DNA from: an uncultured bacterium
GTDB lineage: Bacteria > Verrucomicrobiota > Verrucomicrobiia > CAIQCK01
Assembly: GCA_903870275.1 (NCBI GenBank)
Contig: CAIQCK010000103.1
Coordinates: 3,819 to 67,818 of the forward strand
Direction of reading: 5' to 3'
DNA length: 64,000 nt
Under the pieces are notes generated by a model, which saw only the letters and a list, made by a program, of their open reading frames with translations, was not told the origin of the DNA and ran no database searches. This document shows, one piece after another, positions 57,370 to 64,000 of this stretch (position 1 is the stretch's first letter; the number at the start of each line of letters is the position of its first letter). A program made the translations under genes and the position numbers.

Positions 57370-60300
57370 TCATTTGCGGAGGTTGGCGCGCAGCTCGGCG
57401 ATTCGGTCCTGGTAATATGCCTTCTCGACGCTGGAGAGGTTGGCCTCCAACTGGTCAATCTCAGCGAGTGACGGAAGGTGAGTTTCTGTATATGCCGGCC
57501 GGAAGAGGAACAGGTTCAATACTTGTTCCCTCAGATCATCGAAGTATTGTCCGTTGCGCTTCACCGTTCGCGGTGGCAGCAACATGACCATGCGTATCAC
57601 TTCGTTTCGAGCGTCCGTCTCGTCGCTTTCAATCAAGTATCTGCTCGCGGAATAACGAATCTTTGGATGATCGGCCGCAAGCTGTTTGATCGCAAAGACT
57701 TTGATCTCCTGCCCCTTGAGTCCATGAACCGCTTCATAGATGGCATCGCCGAAACAATTGTTTTTTCCGGGCTGCCCGCGAAGTAAAAGAGCCAGTTCGA
57801 GTTTGGCAAGGCCGTAGCCTGGATCGTGTTTGATAAGATACCGCAGCAAGGCCGCCTGAATCGTGCAGGCCCACCCGCCGTTGGAAGATGAATACAGGGC
57901 CTTTACCTCGTCGAGCAAGGCTGGTGAGCCATAACGCCCGATCACGAAGCTCATCTTGAAAAGGTCGCAAGACCGCTGACCACGCCACGAAAGAGCCGCA
58001 ACCCGAAAGGCCGCATCCAGTTCCGGTACAGGTTGCTCCGGAAGCGATGCCAGTCCTTTGAAAGCAAATCGCGGGTAGCCGCTGCGAATGTCCTCCAGCA
58101 AAAGTTTGCGCGCAGCGTCTGAACCCAGTTCGATCAGACGCTGCATAATGTCGTCGGCAATCGTGTGGCCGGCGTCTTGTTCGGGTTTGTCCGGCAGACG
58201 CAACATCGCTTCAAGCACGGGCTGGAATTGCTGGCAGCGCACGCGTGACCACATCTCATCGCCGAGCACGGCACGTTGTTCGTATTCCTGGAGTCCCGGG
58301 AATGCCTGTGCCAAAGCAAGGCGATCCTTCATCGAAGCACCCTCGCCAACGTTAAGATGATACCGAAGCGCCACACGGCTCTTGAGCGGGCGAAACTGCA
58401 TGGGTATGGACGAAACATCGTAACCGGGATCGCCGGACGGTGAACGTTGCGGCTCCTCGATGCTCACCGGTTTGGTTACCCGATTCTCCAGGCTGCGTTC
58501 GCCGCCTGTGCCGTCATAAGCGATGGTCAATGACCAGGTGTAGTTGGTTCCGTATTTGTCCACCCATTGGTCTGCAAACAGATACATCTCATGATTGTCG
58601 AAGTCTTTGAAGCGGTCAAAAGTATAGCCTCTGAAGCGGCCAAAAGTTTCGCAACTGTTCCAAGCCGGTATGTTTCTTTCGGCCTCGGCGCGCGTCATGC
58701 CCGCTTTGATCGAAGCCGCTTGTGCCATCCAAAGCTTCTTGTCCTCCGGCGAACGCATGACTTTGTTGACCTTGACCGGTGCCAGCACTCTTTCCTGATT
58801 GTTTGGAATCCCGAACTTCTCTCTTTTGGAAACGTCGTAAGTGACTATCACTCGCCAGTCTGCCGAGACGAAGTACTGTTCGGTCATAGAATAGAAGTCG
58901 CCCCACCCGCTCCCGCAAAAGTCATAACTGTTTGAAGCCGGAGGAATCCATCGCGGCAAGATCTTCTCCACCTCCGCCCGCGTCATGCCCACCTTCACCG
59001 TCGCGGCACGGGCTTGCCAATCTGTTAGAGTGTCTTTGTCCTCAACGCGCACTGCCGCGTCATCAGCGTTCATTAACACCACCCGCAAACCGCGGTTGCC
59101 AATGCGATTGGGAGGCGCGCCGCCGTTGCCGCGGCAACTCGACGTGAGAAAGGCGGGATCGCGCATAAACGCCCCGCCTCGCAACACATGGCCTGTGCCG
59201 GAAACCGGGCCTTGAGGGTCTACCGGGACATTGGACAGATGCGGCTCATACCAATCCCTGCACCACTCCCAAACATTGCCGTGCATGTCATAGAGGCCCC
59301 ACGCGTTCGGCTCCTTCAACCCGACCGGGTGGGGCCTGTTTCCCGAGTTGGATTCATACCAGGCGTACATGCCAAGGCGGGTTTCGTCGTCGCCGAAGGA
59401 GTACTTGGTGGTGCTGCCGGCGCGGCACGTGTATTCCCACTGCGCTTCGGTCGGCAGCAGCGCCTTCATGCCGGGCACTTTCTCGCTCAGCGTGGCCAGA
59501 AACGGCTGGCAATCGTCCCATCGGACATTCTCCACCGGATTCCTCGGGTCTTTGGTGGGGTGCGGATTGCCGCCCAAGACGGCCAGCCATTGCTCCCGTG
59601 TTACTTCGTATTTCCCCATGTAAAACGGCTGGGTGAGAACGACCCGGTGCTTTTCGTTTCCATCGCCCATCATGAACGAGCCGCCGGGGATGAGGACAAA
59701 CGCCATTGTCACACCGCCGCCCAGGTTCACGGTGAGGGTTCTTTGCGCTTTTCGTATATCGGGCTCGCGGCTGGCTTTCGCAATGTCCGGGTGCCGCAGG
59801 ATACGGCCCTTGCCGGTGACCTCGTTCACGTCAATCGAATGAAAGACCGTTTCGGCGCGATCACTGACCAGACCCAATGCTCGCTCGTTCGGAAGTTTCC
59901 ACAATCTCTGGCGGCTGGCGTCGCTGAAGTCGGTTTTCCATTCGTTCATCAATCGGCCATCAAGAAAGGCGCGTACGCCGTTCTTCCGCACTTGCAGGAC
60001 CGAAGAATAAACCCGGTTGTTCGCCAGAGAGTGAGGCGTCCACACCGTCAGGGGGTTGTTGTTCGCCGTCCTGCCCTTCACCATTTCGAAGCCGAAACAA
60101 CTGTTGCACCAATGCCCCATCACCCAAAGAGCGGGTCTTTCGTCCTGCGAGAACAATTGCCCAACCGGCTCTTCTCCTTCGGTGCGGGTAAAGACTATGC
60201 GAAAATCGTATTCCTCCGGCGGCTCGTAGGGAATTTGCAGCCGCGCTGCCTGCACATCATCCGCACAAACCAGAGCCTCATCTCGCATCCTCCACCTTCC

Positions 60301-63300
60301 CAGAACCGCGTCCTTGATTGGATCAATAAGCGGCAACAATTGGACTGATCCCGGCCACGCCGCAGCGCTAGTCAAGTGAGCGTCTGCGCTGCCTGGCTCG
60401 AAGATCGAACCGTCATCCACCAAACCGAGCGAGCGGACGACGGTGTCACTGCGCCCAAAAACTCCGACAATCGGCTTGCCCATCCCGGCAAGTTTGATGG
60501 TATCGCCAACGCTGTTCTTGCCGCCAAGCCAGCCGCTCTTGTATCCATCATGAGTATCCAGACCACCGCCGGCGCCTTGGATCTTCATGAATTCGATCTC
60601 AAAGCCGTTAAGAAACACAATCCCCATCCCATTGAGTCCGCCAACCGCGTAGCCGGGCTTGGCCTCCACCGTCTGCGTGGGTTCCTGCACCTCTCCCTGC
60701 ACGGCGCCTAGAAACTTTTTCATGCCCGCGCGGTAGATCGGTTGCAAGGATTTCACCACCCTTTGGTTCTTCTCCTCCCCGAAACTGACCTTGAAGCCGA
60801 CCAGGAACAATTGCGGTTGCGGTATTTCCAAAAAGGCAGCGCCGATGCCGCTGCCGAGTGAAGCGGGCAGTTTGAGCATCGTAGATGTTGGTTTTTGCGC
60901 AAATGCCGGCGCGGCCATCTCAGCGTCGTCAAGCCCCGATGTGAGCCGCTTTTGCAATTGCGTTTCAGCAGTCTCGCGACCGGCTTCCGCGATTCCCAAA
61001 TGCGGCACAACCCTGCCTTTGCTGGTGATTTCTAACAGCTGGATCTCTTGAAAAACGACACGGCTTAGGAAACTCCCCACGCCGAGGCAATTGTGGTCTG
61101 GAATGTCCCAATGGGGATGAAGAGTGCCATCCTTGAAGTCTGTGTTCCAAATCGAAATCAGCTCGTTATTCAGGTAAGCCTTCACGCCGTTCTTCCGAAC
61201 TCGCAATAGGGAAGTGTAAATCTGGCCGTTTTTAAGGAAGTCCTGTCGCTTGACAGTGGTTGCATTATGTTGTGAATCCTGGCCGTTGATGTGTTCGAAG
61301 CCAAAAACTTTGTTGTGATCTCCAGCCATTTGCCAGAGGGCGGCGCGTCCAACGTGAGTCACATATTGGGCAATGCAATCGTTGCCGGAGGTGCGGATAA
61401 AAACGATGCGGAAGTCGTATTCTTCAGGCGGCTCGTAAGGAATCATTAGCCTTTCGTGTTTGCCGCTCCCGGAAACGAGACTGTCTCCTTGGAATGTCCA
61501 CGCTCCCTTTACGGCATCCTTCACAGGATCAATCAGCGGCATGAGATTGACGGCGCGCGACCATGCGGCGTCGTTTTCAGGCAGAGTAGCCAGTGCCTCT
61601 AACGTAAAAGTCTGCTTGCCGCTGCCTTGATTTGAGACAACGGTTTTTGACGACAGCCAACCACACAACTTTTTATCGGCGGAGAGTTCGGGAAGCGAAC
61701 TGCCAGAAGGCTCGGAGATTGTGTGAAACGTGACGGTTTCGTAAGGTTTCTTTGCATAAGACACATTCAGGGGTGCATGAGAAGCGGGGAAAACTCGCCA
61801 AGTTTCGTGGGGTGGCGTGCCGAGCGTGTCGGCTACGTAAGCAACTGTATCTGTCGGCACTTCCGATTCAAATGACTCGCCGGATATGAACGTGCATCCC
61901 ATGAAATTGGAACCCTCTGCGCACCACATAACAGTAGGTGGCACCGCGCAGTCAACGAACTGACAGGAACTAATGGTATTCCACTTGCTGCGAAGTAATT
62001 TCATGTGGTCGAATGGCTTGTCCTTCAAGCGCCTGTGCGCGATTTCCGGAAATCGCATTGACACGAATGCACAATGGGTAAACTGGATCCCGAAATCCGT
62101 TCCTTTGAGTGACGGGAACGCAGATTTGTAGAACAGACAGGAATCCGCCACCCACTTGGAGGAATAATAGCTAAACCACGCACCCCGCTTTTCAAACTGG
62201 CATCGGTCAAAGACGGCCCATTTCGCCTTCAGACCGTGGGGGTTAAGATTCTGTCTGATCGTAACGCCTCGTAGTACCGCCGGTTTCTCCGGCGTGCCTT
62301 CGATCGCAAACTCCCCGTCCTTGTTCAGATAAATGTCACCGCCTCGAATTTCCACTCCCGGCGCCACTTTGATCTCTATGGCGTGCCGGATATTTTCCTT
62401 TACTGCGTAAGTGCCGTTCAACACATACGGCCTCGACGTGTCTGTGAACGCGTAGTCCTTCTCGATGTTCAGGGGAAGGTAAGACTCATTTTGCTTATCA
62501 GTTCGCCACGGCGACCACCACAACAGCCCCGCGAGCGCGAAGGCGACAGCCGCGAAGGCTGCGAACACCAACGGCGCCCGCTGGCGCGGAGGAGTTGCTG
62601 CCGCGCCCGCCGCACCGCCCGCGCTCTGGGTCGGTTGCGATGCCGTGATGGTTTCCACCCGCGTCTTGACCTCACTGATTTGCTGATAGCGGCGTTCGGG
62701 TTCCTTTTCCAGCGCGCGCAACACAACTTCGTCCAGCCGCACATCAATTTGCACTTTTCTCGATGGTGGTTCGATGGGTTTGCCGGGCAGTTCGCCGGTG
62801 AGCAGTTCGTAGAGCACCACGCCGAGCGAGTAGATGTCCGCGCGATGATCGGTAACGCGATGCGCCTTCTGTTCCGGGGCCATGTAGGCTGGCGTACCGC
62901 CGGGCTCGGATCGTGATGTGGGCACTCCTGCGCGCGCGTCATTGCTTTCACAAACAGAAATGTCCGTGCTACGGCCGAGCATTTTCGCGATGCCGAAGTC
63001 GGCAATCTTGACGCGACCGTCCTTGTCCAACAGCAGGTTCTCCGGCTTGACGTCGCGATGCACGATACCGTGCTCATGGGCGTATTGCAGCGCCTCGCAC
63101 ACGGGAGGGACAATGGCCAGCGCCTGTTCCGGCGTGAACCGCTCCGCCTTCATCGCCTGGCGCAGGTTCACGCCGTCCACGAACTCCATCAGCAGGTAGT
63201 AGAAGCCGCCGGCCTGGCCGAAGTCATAAACCGTGACGATGTTCGCATGATTCAGCATCGCGAGCGCCCGCGCTTCGTGAGCGAACCGCTCGGCAAATTG

Positions 63301-63609
63301 CGGATCGCCTACGCGTTCGGGGGCGAGCAGTTTGAGTGCGACGAGGCGGTCGAGGTTCTTCTGTCGCGCCTTATAGACCACGCCCATGCCGCCACGGCCA
63401 AGGTATTCGAGAATTTCCAGTTGCGGGAAGTGCGGCGCCAGCTCCAGTGGGGACAGGGCCTTGCGGGACGCGACAGGTTCCGCATCCGGCTTCGTCGGCG
63501 CCATCGCCTCCGCCATCAGACAGCGGGGGCAAAGACCCGCCGTGGACGCCACCGGCAAAACTGCGCCGCACTTCGGGCACGCATTTGTCGCTGAAGAGGG
63601 TTCGCTCAT
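57370..63609 (-). CDS. giant multidomain Ser/Thr protein kinase: N-terminal zinc ribbon + kinase + TM + beta-rich region + 2x LamG/DUF1080-like + FGE-sulfatase (formylglycine-generating-enzyme family) + 2x BamE/SmpA-OmlA-like + C-terminal helical repeat domain
   Basis: Start ATG 63607-63609 (MSEPSSATNACPKCGAVL...CPRC). Kinase motifs GRGGMGVVYKA, VALK, HRDVKPENLL, DFGIA, APE. TM VFAAFAAVAFALAGLLWW. Duplicated about 200-aa modules (LIDPxKDAVxGxW...IPYEPPEEYDFRIVF). FGE domain (GGSFMMG...YEVTREQW...GNVWEWCRDWY at about 59034-59800). Duplicated GMTRAEVE/GMTRAEAE modules. Confidence 0.85.
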   Translation of the reverse strand: MSEPSSATNACPKCGAVLPVASTAGLCPRCLMAEAMAPTKPDAEPVASRKALSPLELAPHFPQLEILEYLGRGGMGVVYKARQKNLDRLVALKLLAPERVGDPQFAERFAHEARALAMLNHANIVTVYDFGQAGGFYYLLMEFVDGVNLRQAMKAERFTPEQALAIVPPVCEALQYAHEHGIVHRDVKPENLLLDKDGRVKIADFGIAKMLGRSTDISVCESNDARAGVPTSRSEPGGTPAYMAPEQKAHRVTDHRADIYSLGVVLYELLTGELPGKPIEPPSRKVQIDVRLDEVVLRALEKEPERRYQQISEVKTRVETITASQPTQSAGGAAGAAATPPRQRAPLVFAAFAAVAFALAGLLWWSPWRTDKQNESYLPLNIEKDYAFTDTSRPYVLNGTYAVKENIRHAIEIKVAPGVEIRGGDIYLNKDGEFAIEGTPEKPAVLRGVTIRQNLNPHGLKAKWAVFDRCQFEKRGAWFSYYSSKWVADSCLFYKSAFPSLKGTDFGIQFTHCAFVSMRFPEIAHRRLKDKPFDHMKLLRSKWNTISSCQFVDCAVPPTVMWCAEGSNFMGCTFISGESFESEVPTDTVAYVADTLGTPPHETWRVFPASHAPLNVSYAKKPYETVTFHTISEPSGSSLPELSADKKLCGWLSSKTVVSNQGSGKQTFTLEALATLPENDAAWSRAVNLMPLIDPVKDAVKGAWTFQGDSLVSGSGKHERLMIPYEPPEEYDFRIVFIRTSGNDCIAQYVTHVGRAALWQMAGDHNKVFGFEHINGQDSQHNATTVKRQDFLKNGQIYTSLLRVRKNGVKAYLNNELISIWNTDFKDGTLHPHWDIPDHNCLGVGSFLSRVVFQEIQLLEITSKGRVVPHLGIAEAGRETAETQLQKRLTSGLDDAEMAAPAFAQKPTSTMLKLPASLGSGIGAAFLEIPQPQLFLVGFKVSFGEEKNQRVVKSLQPIYRAGMKKFLGAVQGEVQEPTQTVEAKPGYAVGGLNGMGIVFLNGFEIEFMKIQGAGGGLDTHDGYKSGWLGGKNSVGDTIKLAGMGKPIVGVFGRSDTVVRSLGLVDDGSIFEPGSADAHLTSAAAWPGSVQLLPLIDPIKDAVLGRWRMRDEALVCADDVQAARLQIPYEPPEEYDFRIVFTRTEGEEPVGQLFSQDERPALWVMGHWCNSCFGFEMVKGRTANNNPLTVWTPHSLANNRVYSSVLQVRKNGVRAFLDGRLMNEWKTDFSDASRQRLWKLPNERALGLVSDRAETVFHSIDVNEVTGKGRILRHPDIAKASREPDIRKAQRTLTVNLGGGVTMAFVLIPGGSFMMGDGNEKHRVVLTQPFYMGKYEVTREQWLAVLGGNPHPTKDPRNPVENVRWDDCQPFLATLSEKVPGMKALLPTEAQWEYTCRAGSTTKYSFGDDETRLGMYAWYESNSGNRPHPVGLKEPNAWGLYDMHGNVWEWCRDWYEPHLSNVPVDPQGPVSGTGHVLRGGAFMRDPAFLTSSCRGNGGAPPNRIGNRGLRVVLMNADDAAVRVEDKDTLTDWQARAATVKVGMTRAEVEKILPRWIPPASNSYDFCGSGWGDFYSMTEQYFVSADWRVIVTYDVSKREKFGIPNNQERVLAPVKVNKVMRSPEDKKLWMAQAASIKAGMTRAEAERNIPAWNSCETFGRFRGYTFDRFKDFDNHEMYLFADQWVDKYGTNYTWSLTIAYDGTGGERSLENRVTKPVSIEEPQRSPSGDPGYDVSSIPMQFRPLKSRVALRYHLNVGEGASMKDRLALAQAFPGLQEYEQRAVLGDEMWSRVRCQQFQPVLEAMLRLPDKPEQDAGHTIADDIMQRLIELGSDAARKLLLEDIRSGYPRFAFKGLASLPEQPVPELDAAFRVAALSWRGQRSCDLFKMSFVIGRYGSPALLDEVKALYSSSNGGWACTIQAALLRYLIKHDPGYGLAKLELALLLRGQPGKNNCFGDAIYEAVHGLKGQEIKVFAIKQLAADHPKIRYSASRYLIESDETDARNEVIRMVMLLPPRTVKRNGQYFDDLREQVLNLFLFRPAYTETHLPSLAEIDQLEANLSSVEKAYYQDRIAELRANLRK

Positions 63610-63653
63610 GTCACTGTCCTGACGTGGAAACAGGGGTTGGTTACAAAGTTTTT

Positions 63654-64000
63654 TTAGCTTCCCAAGGCGGCAAACAAGACGCCCATCTCGGTCTCGACCT
63701 GACCGGGATCTCGCAGCGTGCCGGCAACCTCCGACCTCACCAACTGGCGGAACCGTTTCTTCATGCGATGCACCGCGACCTTCAGCGCGACAGGGTTCAG
63801 TCCGCAGCCAGCCGCCATCGCCGTCTGATCGCCATGTGCCGCATCGCCGGTAAGCCACGGCTTGATCTGCTCGAAGAAAGCCCCGCGCCCTTCCGATGCG
63901 CACTCCCGCTGCAACGCCTCCAAAGCGCGAGCCAGCACGGTTAGTGCCCATTGCCGGTCAAAGGCCGCGTCGGGAGTCAACGCCTTCGGGTCTGCCACCG
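63654..64000 (-). CDS. ECF-type RNA polymerase sigma factor (partial; 5' end beyond window)
   Basis: C-terminal region-4-like HTH (GLNPVALKVAVHRMKKRFRQLV) in 114 visible codons. Stop at 63654, 44 bp upstream of the kinase start. Confidence 0.7.
   Translation of the reverse strand, partial: VADPKALTPDAAFDRQWALTVLARALEALQRECASEGRGAFFEQIKPWLTGDAAHGDQTAMAAGCGLNPVALKVAVHRMKKRFRQLVRSEVAGTLRDPGQVETEMGVLFAALGS

Overview
High-GC (about 65%) bacterial chromosomal fragment. Gene content suggests a PVC-superphylum (Verrucomicrobia/Planctomycetes-like) organism; this taxonomic call is an inference from gene content, not from any database search. Evidence is a giant Ser/Thr kinase fused to a formylglycine-generating-enzyme-type (FGE-sulfatase) domain next to an ECF sigma factor, WD40/HEAT/ankyrin repeat proteins, exbB-exbD-exbD without tonB, a membrane-embedded spermidine-synthase-like fusion and a PATR-like motif. 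Core housekeeping genes are mutS, fabG-acpP-fabF, tRNA-Val(CAC), LemA and MscS. The accessory content includes: (i) a minus-strand signal-transduction supercluster with three histidine kinases, one of them 1542 aa with about 10 TM segments and multiple PAS/GAF domains, plus a stand-alone receiver, all translationally coupled; (ii) a NarL-type two-component system divergent from a ~2210-aa secreted giant protein; (iii) a co-directional ECF-sigma / giant multidomain STK / HEAT / WD40 / WD40 cluster at the 3' end of the window; (iv) cell-envelope glycosylation genes (GT2, GT4, GT9, GT-C-like); (v) two low-GC single-gene islands, a HEAT-like lipoprotein and an 801-aa ankyrin-repeat protein; and (vi) several families of short palindromic repeats, including a 113-bp diverged duplicate of the fabF 3' end flanking an inserted GT2 gene. 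No CRISPR array, integrase, transposase or rRNA was seen. Many long ORFs in the six-frame track are antisense shadow ORFs typical of high-GC DNA and were not called.
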